DNA from: Oxalobacteraceae bacterium
GTDB taxonomy: Bacteria; Pseudomonadota; Gammaproteobacteria; Burkholderiales; Burkholderiaceae_D
DNA length: 64,000 bases
Assembly (NCBI GenBank): GCA_030698225.1
Contig: JAUYNR010000115.1
Span: forward strand, 5,058-69,057
Direction: 5' to 3'
Positions 1 to 10,394 of this stretch are shown piece by piece (position 1 is the first letter of the stretch; each line of letters begins with the position of its first letter). A program made the translations under genes and the position numbers. The notes under the pieces are model-generated. The model did no database searches. It worked only from the letters and a program-made list of their open reading frames with translations, and was not told the DNA's origin.

Positions 1-2045
1 AGGCGCAGAGCAATCCAGGGGATGAATCCCAGGCGATCTACGAATCGTCGATCGACGCTCTGGCCGAATGGCAGCGCAAAGTCGATGATGTCTTTCCGGA
101 ACTCTTGACCTGCGTCTATTCCGGCACCGCCATGCTGAACCGTGTGGTTCAGCGCAAAGGCCTCGATGTGGGCCTGATGTGCAACCGGGGTTTTGAGGAT
201 ATCCATTCAATGGGTCGTGCGGCGCAGAGTTACCTCGGGTATGCGCTGGAAGAACGCATCCACCTGAACTGCCACCGCTACGATGAACCATTGGTGCCGC
301 TGTCCCGCACCCGTGGCGTCACCGAGCGTACCGATGTCCAGGGTCAGGTCGTGATTCCGCTGCGCGAAGACGAAGTTCGCGTTGCAACCCGCGAACTGGT
401 GGCGCGCGGCTCGAAGGCGATCGTCATCAGCCTGCTGCAGTCGCACAAAAACGAACAAAGCGAACTGCGTGCACGCGATATCTGCCGTGAGGAATTGAAG
501 AAGATTGGCGCGGAGATCCCGGTGTTCGCGACCGTCGATTATTATCCTTCCCGCAAGGAAAGCCACCGCACCAACACCACCATTCTGGAAGCATATGCGG
601 CCGAGCCTTCGCGCGCAACGCTGAAAAAAGTCAGCGACCGCTTCAAGAAGCACGGCGCCAAGTTCGATCTGCGCGTGATGGCAACGCACGGCGGCACCAT
701 CGGCTGGAAAGCCAAGGAGCTGGCACGCACCATCGTCTCCGGCCCGATCGGTGGCGTGATCGGCTCGAAATTCCTGGGCGAGAAACTGGGCTACGACAAT
801 ATTGCGTGCAGCGATATCGGCGGCACCAGTTTCGACATGGCAATCATCACCAAGGGCAACTTCGCGATCCAGTCCGATCCGGACATGGCGCGCCTGTTGC
901 TTTCCCTGCCGCTGGTCGCAATGGATTCGGTCGGCGCCGGCGCAGGCAGCTTCATCCGCATCGATCCGTACAGCAAAGCAATCAAACTCGGTCCCGACAG
1001 CGCCGGGTATCGGGTCGGCATGTGCTGGGCCGACAGCGGTCTGGACACGGTGTCGGTTTCCGATTGCCACGTCGTGCTGGGTTATCTCAATCCTGACAAT
1101 TTCCTCGGTGGCGCGATCAAGCTCGACGTCGACCGTGCCCGCAAATATCTGAAGGACCAAATTGCCGATCCGCTCGGCTTGAGTGTCGAAGATGCCGCCG
1201 CCGGCGTGATCGAGCTGCTGGATCTGAACCTGCGTGAATACATGCGTTCCGTCATCAGCGCCAAGGGCTACAACCCGGCCGACTTCGTCTGCTTCTCATA
1301 CGGCGGCGCCGGTCCGGTTCATACCTACGGTTATACCGAGGGCCTGGGCTTCAAGGACGTGATCGTGCCGGCATGGGCGGCAGGCTTCTCCGCCTTCGGC
1401 TGCGCCTGCGCCGAGTACGAATACCGCTACGACAAGAGCGTCGATATCGGCGTCGGCCCGAAAGCCACCGACGCAGAGAAAGTGCAGGCATGCAAGACCC
1501 TGACCGAAGCATGGGCCGAACTGAGCGAGAAGGTGATCGAGGAATTCATCATCAATGGATTCAAGCCGGAAGACGTATTGCTGCGTCCCGGCTATCGGAT
1601 GCAGTTCATGGGTCAGCTCAACGACCTCGAAATCAATTCGCCGATCACCAGCGCCGCCACGCTGGAGGACTGGGAAAAGATGGTGCATGCATTCGACGAG
1701 ACCTATGCACGGGTCTATGCGAGTTCCGCCAGTTCACCGGAACTGGGTTTTGGCGTGACCGGCGCGATCATGCGCGGCAGCGTTGTTTCATCCAAGCCGG
1801 AACTGCCGGAAGAACCCGATGCCGGTCCGGTTCCACCGAAGGAGGCGCATATAGGAAGCCGTCCCTTCTATCGCCACAAGAAATGGCAGGACGCCCAGAT
1901 CTGGTCGATGGAGGCGCTGAAGGCGGGCAATCGCGTGGTGGGACCGGCCATTGTCGAATCGCCGTCGACCACCTTCATCGTGCCTCTGGGGTTCGAAACC
2001 TATTGCGACACGCACCGCTTATTTCATCTTAAAGAAGTTAAATAA
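1..2045 (+). CDS. acxA: Acetone carboxylase beta subunit (hydantoinase A/oxoprolinase family); 5' end lies outside the window
   Basis: Frame 3 is open from the window edge; the listed ORF 105..2045 starts at an internal TTG. Hydantoinase-A type motifs (DIGGTSFD, GAGAGS). Followed by a hydantoinase-B subunit and the small gamma subunit, in acxA-B-C order. Confidence 0.85.
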   Translation, partial: AQSNPGDESQAIYESSIDALAEWQRKVDDVFPELLTCVYSGTAMLNRVVQRKGLDVGLMCNRGFEDIHSMGRAAQSYLGYALEERIHLNCHRYDEPLVPLSRTRGVTERTDVQGQVVIPLREDEVRVATRELVARGSKAIVISLLQSHKNEQSELRARDICREELKKIGAEIPVFATVDYYPSRKESHRTNTTILEAYAAEPSRATLKKVSDRFKKHGAKFDLRVMATHGGTIGWKAKELARTIVSGPIGGVIGSKFLGEKLGYDNIACSDIGGTSFDMAIITKGNFAIQSDPDMARLLLSLPLVAMDSVGAGAGSFIRIDPYSKAIKLGPDSAGYRVGMCWADSGLDTVSVSDCHVVLGYLNPDNFLGGAIKLDVDRARKYLKDQIADPLGLSVEDAAAGVIELLDLNLREYMRSVISAKGYNPADFVCFSYGGAGPVHTYGYTEGLGFKDVIVPAWAAGFSAFGCACAEYEYRYDKSVDIGVGPKATDAEKVQACKTLTEAWAELSEKVIEEFIINGFKPEDVLLRPGYRMQFMGQLNDLEINSPITSAATLEDWEKMVHAFDETYARVYASSASSPELGFGVTGAIMRGSVVSSKPELPEEPDAGPVPPKEAHIGSRPFYRHKKWQDAQIWSMEALKAGNRVVGPAIVESPSTTFIVPLGFETYCDTHRLFHLKEVK

Positions 2046-2056
2046 GGAGACCAATC

Positions 2057-4381
2057 ATGAATAAAATGTCAAGAAAAGAAATGGGCTTGCCCGATTTGCT
2101 GGGCAACGGCAAGACCCTCAAGCAGCATCGCGACGAAGTGTTGGCGCGCACCAAGGACACCGGCTTCTACAACGGACTGGAAAAGCTGGAGTTCAAGGAA
2201 TCCGATCCGATCACCTATGAAAAGCTGTTTTCCAGAATTCGCGGCGGCCTGGTGCATGCCCGCGAGACTGCGAAGAAAATCGCCGCATCGCCTATCGTCG
2301 AGCAAGAAGGCGAACTGTGCTTCACGCTGTATAACGCATCGGGCGACTGCATCCTGACTTCGACCGGGATCATCATCCACGTCGGCACCATGGGCGCGGC
2401 GATCAAGTACATGATCGAAAACGCCTGGGAAGTCAATCCGGGCATCAACCCAGGCGACATGTTCACCAATAACGATTGCTCGATCGGCAATGTGCATCCC
2501 TGCGACATCGCCACCATCGTGCCGATCTTCTGGGAAGGTAATCTGGTGGGTTGGGTCGGGGGTGTAACCCATGTGATCGACCTCGGTGCGATGACACCGG
2601 GGTCGATGTCGACCGGTCAAGTCTCCCGCTTCGGCGACGGATTGCAGGTGACCTGCCGCAAGACCGGCATCAACGACACCCCGCTGCGCGACTGGCTGCA
2701 CGAGAGCCAGCGCAGCGTGCGCACCACCAAGTACTGGATCCTGGACGAACGCACCCGGATTGCCGGTTGCCACATGATACGCACGCTGGTGGAGGAAGTT
2801 CTGGCGGCGGAAGGGATAGAGAATTACACCAAGTTCGCCCACGAGATCATCGAAGAGGGTCGGCGCGGCCTGCAGGCACGACTCAAGGCAATGACCGTTC
2901 CCGGCGTCTACCGCAGGGTCGCCTTCGTCGACATTCCTTACGATCATGAAGACATGTGCCTGGCGTCGGAGTTCGGCAAGATGAACAGCATCATGCATGC
3001 GCCGTGCGAAATGACGATCCGCCCGGACGCAAGCTGGCGGCTGAATTTCGAGGGTGCCAGCCGCTGGGGTTGGCACAGCTTCAATGCCAATCAGGTGGCG
3101 TTCACCAGCGGCATCTGGGTCATGCTGACACAGACGCTGGTTCCCACTGCGCGCATCAACGACGGCGCCTACTACGCGACCGAATTCAAGCTGCCAAAAG
3201 GCACCTGGATGAATCCGGACGACCGTCGCACTGCGCATGCGTACGCCTGGCATTTCCTGGTGTCCGGCTGGAGCGGCATCTGGCGCGGCATGAGCCAATC
3301 CTACTTTGCCCGCGGCTACCTGGAGGAAGTCAACGCCGGCAATGCCAACACCTCCAACTGGCTGCAGGGAGGCGGCATCAATCAGGATGGCGAAGCGCAC
3401 GCGGTCAACAGTTTCGAGCCTGCCGCATGCGGCACCGGCGCCTGCGCGATCAAGGATGGCCTGAACCACGCCGCCGCGGTATGGAATCCCGAAGGCGACA
3501 TGGGCGATATCGAGATTTGGGAAATGGCGGAACCGCTGCTGTACCTGGGGCGCAACGTCAAGACCAACTCAGGCGGCTACGGCAAGTTCCGTGGCGGCTG
3601 CGGTTTCGAGACTCTGCGCATGGTCTGGAAAGCGCAGGACTGGAGCATGTATTTCATGGGCAATGGCTACATGAACAGCGACTGGGGTCTGATGGGCGGC
3701 TACCCGTCGGCTACCGGCTATCGTTTCGAAGCCCACAAGACCGATCTCGAAGCACGCATCAGGGACGGTTTGTCGCTGCCGCTGGGCGCCGATCGCAATC
3801 CGGAAAATACCGAATACGAGCGGCATATCAGCGCCACCGCCAAGGTCAAGCGCGATCAGCAATGCACCACCACCGAAGCCATTTTCGAAAACCATGACCT
3901 GTATTTGAACTACATGCGCGGCGGCCCCGGCTTTGGCGATCCGCTCGATCGTGATTGCGCTTCAGTTGAAACTGATCTCAACAGCCGCTTCGTGTTGCCG
4001 GAGTTCGCCGAGAAGGTCTATGGCGTGGTGGTCTCGCAAGACAAGGATCAGGTCTGGAAAGTCGATGTTGCCAAGACTGCCGCCCGTCGCAAGGAAGTCC
4101 GCAAGGAGCGTATCGCCAGAGCCGTTCCGACCCGCGAATGGATGAAGGAAGAGCGGGCACGGATCATCACCAAGCATGCATCGGTTCAGGTGCGCCACAT
4201 GTTCGCGACCAGCTTCGACCTCAGCGTCAAGTTCAAGAACGAATTCAAGGCGTTCTGGGATCTGCCGGCCGACTGGGAACTGCCGGAGTCCGAGCTGGGC
4301 GTTCCTTCATTCGGTTCCAAATACCGGATGGATCTGTCGAAGTTGCCGGATGTCCGCACCGTTACTTTGGTTGAAGAGTGA
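2057..4381 (+). CDS. acxB: Acetone carboxylase alpha subunit (hydantoinase B family)
   Basis: 774 aa, close to the expected size. AAGGAG 8 nt upstream of ATG 2057. Sits between the beta and gamma subunit genes. Confidence 0.85.
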   Translation: MNKMSRKEMGLPDLLGNGKTLKQHRDEVLARTKDTGFYNGLEKLEFKESDPITYEKLFSRIRGGLVHARETAKKIAASPIVEQEGELCFTLYNASGDCILTSTGIIIHVGTMGAAIKYMIENAWEVNPGINPGDMFTNNDCSIGNVHPCDIATIVPIFWEGNLVGWVGGVTHVIDLGAMTPGSMSTGQVSRFGDGLQVTCRKTGINDTPLRDWLHESQRSVRTTKYWILDERTRIAGCHMIRTLVEEVLAAEGIENYTKFAHEIIEEGRRGLQARLKAMTVPGVYRRVAFVDIPYDHEDMCLASEFGKMNSIMHAPCEMTIRPDASWRLNFEGASRWGWHSFNANQVAFTSGIWVMLTQTLVPTARINDGAYYATEFKLPKGTWMNPDDRRTAHAYAWHFLVSGWSGIWRGMSQSYFARGYLEEVNAGNANTSNWLQGGGINQDGEAHAVNSFEPAACGTGACAIKDGLNHAAAVWNPEGDMGDIEIWEMAEPLLYLGRNVKTNSGGYGKFRGGCGFETLRMVWKAQDWSMYFMGNGYMNSDWGLMGGYPSATGYRFEAHKTDLEARIRDGLSLPLGADRNPENTEYERHISATAKVKRDQQCTTTEAIFENHDLYLNYMRGGPGFGDPLDRDCASVETDLNSRFVLPEFAEKVYGVVVSQDKDQVWKVDVAKTAARRKEVRKERIARAVPTREWMKEERARIITKHASVQVRHMFATSFDLSVKFKNEFKAFWDLPADWELPESELGVPSFGSKYRMDLSKLPDVRTVTLVEE

Positions 4382-4448
4382 TTTGAAGTGAAGCCGGAGT
4401 TCGGGATTGAGTCCCGGCCCCGGCCAGCCACCATTATTGGAGATAAAA

Positions 4449-4955
4449 ATGTCTGTTTATACACAAGAGCAAGTGAACTATCTGGTGGAAGGCAAGCTGG
4501 ACTGGGAAACCACGATGCGCATGCTTTCCATGCCGAAGGACTCGGATCGCTTCCGTATGTATTTGAATGCGCTGCAGTCCAAGCTGTCATGGGATGACAA
4601 GATCATCCTGCCGATCAGCCTGCATCTGTACATCGCGCAAAACAAAGAGACCAAGGAGTGGGTCACCAAGTGCAGCTGCGGCCACGAGTTCGGCGACTAT
4701 CGCAAGAACTGGAAACTGGAGGCTTTGGTTTACGTTCGCGATACGCCGGAAGCGATGCATGAAGTCTATCCGACGCTGATGGCGCCGGACACCAACTGGC
4801 AGGTGTACCGTGAGTACTATTGTCCCAAGTGCGGCACCATGCATGAGGTCGAGGCGCCGACGCCATGGTATCCGGTGATTCACGAGTTCGAGCCGGATAT
4901 CGAAGCTTTCTACAATGACTGGGTGCATCTGCCGTTGCCGGAAAAGGCCTGCTAA
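4449..4955 (+). CDS. acxC: Acetone carboxylase gamma subunit
   Basis: Start moved to ATG 4449 (GGAG upstream), giving 168 aa. Cys pairs CSCGH and CPKCG. C-terminal APTPWYPVIHEF block resembles known gamma subunits as I recall them. Confidence 0.85.
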   Translation: MSVYTQEQVNYLVEGKLDWETTMRMLSMPKDSDRFRMYLNALQSKLSWDDKIILPISLHLYIAQNKETKEWVTKCSCGHEFGDYRKNWKLEALVYVRDTPEAMHEVYPTLMAPDTNWQVYREYYCPKCGTMHEVEAPTPWYPVIHEFEPDIEAFYNDWVHLPLPEKAC

Positions 4956-4964
4956 GAGCGTAGG

Positions 4965-5187
4965 TTGGGCTGCAAAGCCCAACATTTTTGTAACTATTCA
5001 GCTCCCTATGGGATACCTCTAAAAATTCAAAACCGTCATTCCCGCGAAGGCGGGAATCCAGACTGTGCAAAGCTGATAACCGGCTTCTGGACCCCCGCCT
5101 TCGCGGGGACGATGAACTTTATGATCCCTCTTATAGAGGGCTGAATAGTTACACATTTTTCCAAATCGTTGAGCTTTGCAACCCAAC
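4965..5187. repeat. MITE-like composite palindromic element (223 bp)
   Basis: Terminal inverted repeats gttgggctgcaaagcccaac (4965-4984) and gttgagctttgcaacccaac (5168-5187). Sub-terminal gtaactattcagc / gctgaatagttac. Internal inverted pair cattcccgcgaaggcgggaat / ccccgccttcgcgggga (ATTCCC-N8-GGGAAT type). Confidence 0.6.
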
Positions 5188-5210
5188 GGCACTGAGGTTT
5201 CCAGGTTCCT

Positions 5211-6749
5211 ATGAATATCGCGGCATTACTCGAAAAATCGGCGATTCGGCACGGCGACCGGCCCGCGCTCACCGTCCATGACCAGGTCCATGCAAATTAC
5301 CGGCTGTTCAGCCAGCGCGTCAGGGCGATGGCTTTCAGCCTGCGGCACCGGCTGGGATTGAAGACCGGCGACCGGGTTGCCATCGCGATGAGCAACCGGC
5401 CGGAATTTTACGAAACCTTGTTTGCAGTCTGGCATGCAGGACTGGTCGGCGTCCCGATCAATCCCAAATTGCATAGCAAGGAATTTGAATACATTCTTTC
5501 CAATTCGCAGGCGCGAGTCTGTTTCGTCAGCCCTGACTTGATCGAGGCCATCGCGCCTCTGGTCTATCAGGTGGACGAACTGGAGTTGGTGATTGCCACC
5601 GACAGCCCTGACTATCGTGCGCTGATAGGCGCCGATGCGATCGATATGGTCGACGTCGCGCCGACTGCTCCGGCGTGGTTGTTTTACACCAGTGGCACGA
5701 CCGGTCGCCCGAAGGGGGCCACGCTCACCCATCGCAATCTGTTGGCCATGACGATGAGCTATTTTGCCGATATCGACCAAATCGGCCCCTTTGACGCGAT
5801 TATCCATGCCGCGCCGATGTCGCACGGCTCCGGACTGTACGGCCTGCCGCATATAGCGAAGGCGGCCAACAATGTGATACCCGCCAGTGTGCATTTCGAC
5901 CCTGCAGAAATCTGGCTGCTGGTGGAGATCCATCGAGGGGTGAGTTTTTTTGCCGCACCGACGATGATCCAGCGCTTGACGCACAGCGCTGCGCTGGCCA
6001 CCTCGGACCACCTGAAGACCATCATCTATGGCGGCGCCCCGATGTACCGCGCCGACCTTGAGCGGGCGCTCGATGTGATCGGCCCGCGCCTGGTGCAGAT
6101 TTACGGCCAGGGCGAAAGCCCGATGACCATTACCGCGCTTTCCAAACAATCGCACGCCGACCGCAACCATCCGCGTCACCGGGATCTGCTTGGATCGGTG
6201 GGATTCCCGCGCACCGGCGTGGACGTGCGCATCGTTGACAAAGACGGCATGCCGCTGGCGCCGGGTGAGGCGGGAGAAATAACGGTGCGGGGCGACGTGG
6301 TGATGGCCGGCTATTGGAACGACCCGCAAGCGACCCGGCATGCGCTGCGTGACGGCTGGCTGTATACCGGGGATGTCGGATGCCTCGACCCGGACGGATT
6401 TTTGACCCTGATCGATCGTTCAAAAGATTTGATCATCAGCGGCGGCAGCAACATTTATCCGCGCGAGATCGAGGAAGTCTTGCTGCGCCATCCAGGCGTG
6501 ATGCAGGTCTCGGTAGTAGGGATTCCGGATCCTGAATGGGGCGAGCAAGTGGTCGCGCTGGTCGTGCCGGCGCCGGATGCATCCGTCTGTGCCGAGACGC
6601 TCGACGCCTGGTGCCTGGAGAATATTGCGCGCTTCAAAAGGCCAAAACGCTACCACTTCATCGATACGCTTCCGACGAATAATTATGGCAAGGTGCTGAA
6701 GACAGAACTGCGCAAATTGCTTAATAAATTGGACGCTGAAGCACACTGA
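5211..6749 (+). CDS. AMP-dependent acyl-CoA synthetase/ligase
   Basis: 512 aa. Adenylate-forming signature YTSGTTGRPKGA and the C-terminal GKVLK motif. Confidence 0.8.
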   Translation: MNIAALLEKSAIRHGDRPALTVHDQVHANYRLFSQRVRAMAFSLRHRLGLKTGDRVAIAMSNRPEFYETLFAVWHAGLVGVPINPKLHSKEFEYILSNSQARVCFVSPDLIEAIAPLVYQVDELELVIATDSPDYRALIGADAIDMVDVAPTAPAWLFYTSGTTGRPKGATLTHRNLLAMTMSYFADIDQIGPFDAIIHAAPMSHGSGLYGLPHIAKAANNVIPASVHFDPAEIWLLVEIHRGVSFFAAPTMIQRLTHSAALATSDHLKTIIYGGAPMYRADLERALDVIGPRLVQIYGQGESPMTITALSKQSHADRNHPRHRDLLGSVGFPRTGVDVRIVDKDGMPLAPGEAGEITVRGDVVMAGYWNDPQATRHALRDGWLYTGDVGCLDPDGFLTLIDRSKDLIISGGSNIYPREIEEVLLRHPGVMQVSVVGIPDPEWGEQVVALVVPAPDASVCAETLDAWCLENIARFKRPKRYHFIDTLPTNNYGKVLKTELRKLLNKLDAEAH

Positions 6750-6859
6750 ACTCCGGTTCGTCATGGTGTAGGTTCGAGGTTCACATGTGTATCTGTTCAG
6801 ATACTTCACACCTTTTTAAATTCGGACGGTTTTCCGTCTAATCCTAACGAAAGCGCTCA

Positions 6860-7351
6860 ATGTCTGACAAAAATCTGCAACCCCTATTCCGAATCCAGCG
6901 GGTGTACCTGAAGGGCTTGTCGCTGGAGCGACCGAACTCCCCTGCAATTTTCCTAGAACCAGCGTCCCCCGCTATCGAAGTTGCCGTTTCCACGATTTCC
7001 GAGAAGCAGGATGAAAACATTTTCGAGACCACGGTGACTATTACCGTCACCGCGAAGATCAACGACAAGCTTGCTTTCCTGGTCGAAGCAAAGCAGGCCG
7101 GCATTTTTGAAGTGCGCAATATCCCGGCCGCACAACTCGATCCGCTGCTCGGCATCGGCTGCCCCAACATCGTGTATCCGTATTTGCGCGCCAACATCGC
7201 CGATGCGATTACCCGTGCCGGCTTCCCTCCGGTGCATTTGTCCGAAATCAATTTTGAAGTGTTCTATCGGCAGCAGCAGTCGACAGCGGAACAGCAACAG
7301 CAAAACGGAGCAAGCGCCGTGATGCCGGACAGCGTGGCTGCAATGCATTGA
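6860..7351 (+). CDS. secB: Protein-export chaperone SecB
   Basis: 163 aa. N-terminal [14 protein letters not shown] block, [24 protein letters not shown] block, and an acidic/Gln-rich tail typical of SecB. Confidence 0.85.
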   Translation: MSDKNLQPLFRIQRVYLKGLSLERPNSPAIFLEPASPAIEVAVSTISEKQDENIFETTVTITVTAKINDKLAFLVEAKQAGIFEVRNIPAAQLDPLLGIGCPNIVYPYLRANIADAITRAGFPPVHLSEINFEVFYRQQQSTAEQQQQNGASAVMPDSVAAMH

Positions 7352-7363
7352 GTCGGCTCGTGT

Positions 7364-7406
7364 GGCCGGCTGATTGCAACGTGCGTATTGCGATGTTCAG
7401 CCGGCC
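7364..7406. terminator. Hairpin between convergent genes (possible bidirectional terminator)
   Basis: 10-bp arms ggccggctga / tcagccggcc with a 23-nt loop, between the secB stop and the stop of the minus-strand lipoprotein gene. No clear T-run. Confidence 0.35.
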
Positions 7407-7429
7407 GCATTGCGCTTTGGTTAGGGGCG

Positions 7430-7618
7430 CTACTGCTTGGTCGCGTCCTGAATTTTCTCTCCGGCTTTTTCCACTTCCTGGCCTGCTTTTTGACCTGCCT
7501 CATCGATGTCCTTGCCGAGGCGTTCGGCCGGGCCTTCCTGTTTCTGGCAGGCCGACAAGCCGGCCAGCAGAACGATCGTGGCGAGTGCTGTGGCGATGGA
7601 TTTTTTTGACTGAGTCAT
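7430..7618 (-). CDS. Small predicted lipoprotein (62 aa)
   Basis: Internal ATG 7618 of ORF 7430..7858, preceded by AGGAGA. Signal peptide with lipobox LAGLSAC, then a Lys/Glu/Gly-rich tail. Confidence 0.55.
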   Translation of the reverse strand: MTQSKKSIATALATIVLLAGLSACQKQEGPAERLGKDIDEAGQKAGQEVEKAGEKIQDATKQ

Positions 7619-7772
7619 TTTTTCTCCTTGATGATGATTCGAACCGATGTCCTGCCCACCGTCGATGCACATCGTGCAGCAACGGCTGGATGCCGCACAG
7701 GACGACTTGAGGCAGCTTGATGATACCGGAAAGCGCATTAGGAATGCCGGACCGGGGCGGATTGCGGGAACC

Positions 7773-8162
7773 TCAGGGCGGCGGACAGGCGAATAGCTCG
7801 ACTTCCGGCGCTGTCGCCGGCGGCCCGGCCAGTTCCGCCAGCCCACGGCAACGGCCATCCCAGCAGATGCTGTAATCGGCTACATAATCCGAGCGCGCCA
7901 GATGCAGCCGTTCGAGTGGCGCCAGCGGCGGCCTGTAGTGCCAGACGCCACCGGCCAGCACCGCATCGGGCGGCGGCTCCATGCCTGCGCCGGAGCCGTG
8001 GATGCGCGCCTCGGTCAGTTGCAGGCGAGCGCCGCCAGCCGTCGACAGCACGCGGTAATCCTCTTCCCATCGGGTCTTTTCGATCGAATGGGTCCAGGCC
8101 AGCGTGAAGCCCTGCAGCGGTAGACTGAGCACCAGTCCCGCAGCCGCCAGGCAGACAATCAT
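7773..8162 (-). CDS. DUF1850 domain protein (TAXI-TRAP associated)
   Basis: Only the last 129 codons of ORF 7773..9791 are taken as coding. Its ATG overlaps the permease stop (ATGA). DUF1850 genes typically follow TAXI-TRAP fused permeases. Confidence 0.7.
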   Translation of the reverse strand: MIVCLAAAGLVLSLPLQGFTLAWTHSIEKTRWEEDYRVLSTAGGARLQLTEARIHGSGAGMEPPPDAVLAGGVWHYRPPLAPLERLHLARSDYVADYSICWDGRCRGLAELAGPPATAPEVELFACPPP

Positions 8163-10216
8163 GCAGTAGCCAGCCGGCGTTTTTGCCAGAGATGCCAGAT
8201 CCCGAATCCCAGCGCCATCGCGAATCCGATCTGGTCGGTTAGCGGCAACGCCGTCACCAGCATCAGCGCCGCCACAGCGGTAAACGCGCGTTCGTGGGTT
8301 TTCAGCGGCAGCAGCAGATAGCCGACTGAGGTTGCGCCCCACAAGGTGATTGCCAGCAAAGCCTTGCCGACGATATACACCACCGCCAGCACGGTCCACT
8401 CCCCCTGCAGCATCAGCGCCGGCGTGTAGACCGCCATGTACGGAATCACGAAACCGGCGATCGCGATCTGGGTTGCCTTGATGCCGATTTTCATCGGCGA
8501 GGCCTTGGCGATCGACGCTGCAGCAAACGCCGCCAGCGCCACTGGAGGCGTCAGGTCGGCCATGATGCCGAAATAGAATACGAACATGTGCGAGACGATC
8601 AGTGGCACACCCAGGCTGAGCAAGGCCGGCGCCGCGATCGAGCTGGTGATGATGTAGTTCGGAATGGTCGGAATTCCCATGCCCAGGATCAGGCACACGA
8701 TCATGGTCAGGAACAGCGACAGGAACAGGCTCTTTTCGCCGACCGTCATGACGAAGCCGGCAAAACTGGAGGCGGCGCCGGTCAGTGTCAGCACGCCGAT
8801 GATGACACCGACGATCGCGCAGGCGACGCCGACCGGCAGCGCCTGCTTGGCGCCATCGATCAGGCTGGCGCGAATCGTGTGCAAGGTGTCGCGGCCACCC
8901 TTGACCCGCAAACACAGCAGCACCAGCAGCGCGATCACGGCCAGAATCGCATAAATGCCGAACTCGAAGAAGGACGCCGCCGCCAAGCCCAGCCCGACCC
9001 AGAACACATAGCGGAATGCGATGCTCGACACACGTGCCGCCACCGCCGCGCCGAGAATCAGGATCGCGGTCAGCGCCAGTCCGGTTAAGCCGGCGAACAT
9101 CGGCGTAAAGCCGTGGAACAGCATGCCGACCAGCGCCGCCAGCGGCAGCGCCAGATACCAGCTCTCTTTGAGCGCCTTGAGCGGGCTCGGGCACTGTTCT
9201 TTCGGCAGGCCAACCAGTCCCTTGCGGCCCGCCTCCAGATGCACCATCCAGAACGCGGTCACGTAATACAGGGCCGCCGGAATCACCGCAGCCTTGACGA
9301 TTTCCACGTACGGCACGTTCAGCGTTTCGGCCATTATGAACGCCACCGCACCCATCACCGGCGGCATGATCTGGCCGCCCATCGAGGCCGTCGCTTCGAC
9401 CGCGCCGGCAAACACCGAGCTGTAGCCGAAGCGCTTCATCAGCGGAATCGTGAACTGGCCGACGGTCAGCACATTGGCCACGCCGGAGCCGGAAATGGTG
9501 CCCATGAAGCCCGACGAGATGACCGCCACCTTGGCCGGTCCGCCCTTGGACTGGCCGACCAGGCCGAGCGCAACCGCATTGAACAGCTTGATCATGCCCG
9601 CATGTTCGAGGAACGCGCCGAACAGGATGAACAGGAAAATATAGGTGGCCGACACCATGATCGGGATGCCGAGAATGCCCTCGGTGCCGAGATACAGCTG
9701 GCTGACGATCTGATCGAAGCCGTAACCGCGATGCCCGAGCGGCGCCGGCAGATATTGTCCGAACAGGCCGTACAGCAAGAACGTGCCGCACACGATAGGC
9801 AGCGCCCAGCCCAGCATGCGGCGGGTAGCCTCAAACACCAGCACGATCATGATCGCGCCAACCACCAGGTCAAAGCTGCTCGGGTCGCCCGAGCGCACAA
9901 TCAGGTCGGCCTCGAATATCCAGTGATAGAACGACAGGCCGAAACCGGTCGCTGCCAGCAGCCAGTCATACCAGGCCACCGAAGTCAGCTTGCCGCTCTT
10001 GAATGCGGGGAAGATCAGGAAGGTCAGCAGCAGCAGGAAGCCGACATGCAGCGACCGGATCGTCAGCGACGATAGCGGGTGAAACGCGGCGACGATCAAT
10101 TGATATATCGAGAACGCCAGTGCGGCCGCGATCAGCACTTTCAGAGCAGGGCCGCTTAGCGTGCGTTGCGCGCCGTGTTCGTGGAATTCTTCGTCGGGGG
10201 TGTGAAGGGAAGACAT
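8159..10216 (-). CDS. TRAP transporter fused permease (4TM/12TM DctQ-DctM fusion, TAXI type)
   Basis: Large polytopic membrane protein next to a TAXI solute receptor. Start chosen at ATG 10216 (AGGAG upstream); the longest ORF starts at 10255. Confidence 0.85.
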   Translation of the reverse strand: MSSLHTPDEEFHEHGAQRTLSGPALKVLIAAALAFSIYQLIVAAFHPLSSLTIRSLHVGFLLLLTFLIFPAFKSGKLTSVAWYDWLLAATGFGLSFYHWIFEADLIVRSGDPSSFDLVVGAIMIVLVFEATRRMLGWALPIVCGTFLLYGLFGQYLPAPLGHRGYGFDQIVSQLYLGTEGILGIPIMVSATYIFLFILFGAFLEHAGMIKLFNAVALGLVGQSKGGPAKVAVISSGFMGTISGSGVANVLTVGQFTIPLMKRFGYSSVFAGAVEATASMGGQIMPPVMGAVAFIMAETLNVPYVEIVKAAVIPAALYYVTAFWMVHLEAGRKGLVGLPKEQCPSPLKALKESWYLALPLAALVGMLFHGFTPMFAGLTGLALTAILILGAAVAARVSSIAFRYVFWVGLGLAAASFFEFGIYAILAVIALLVLLCLRVKGGRDTLHTIRASLIDGAKQALPVGVACAIVGVIIGVLTLTGAASSFAGFVMTVGEKSLFLSLFLTMIVCLILGMGIPTIPNYIITSSIAAPALLSLGVPLIVSHMFVFYFGIMADLTPPVALAAFAAASIAKASPMKIGIKATQIAIAGFVIPYMAVYTPALMLQGEWTVLAVVYIVGKALLAITLWGATSVGYLLLPLKTHERAFTAVAALMLVTALPLTDQIGFAMALGFGIWHLWQKRRLATA

Positions 10217-10394
10217 TTTTGAGGTGCTCCTGAACGCGTGATCGGCGATAGGCATGCCTGCCCACTGCTCTATAAATACTGCTTACTTACGGATGTTACG
10301 CAGGGCGATAAGTGAAAAACACGATTGGCGAAAGACATCAGAAACACGCAAAACAAAGGACGGACGAACCGGGCTCACAATTCTACGATTTTCG

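Noticed and set aside
2069-3469. 466-aa ORF on the minus strand
   Set aside because: It lies antisense to acxB and has no recognisable motifs.
8163-9791. Upstream 540 codons of the 672-aa ORF 7773..9791
   Set aside because: This part overlaps the TRAP permease out of frame and has a Gly/Arg/Ala-rich nonsense composition. Only the last 129 codons (DUF1850, 7773..8162) look real.
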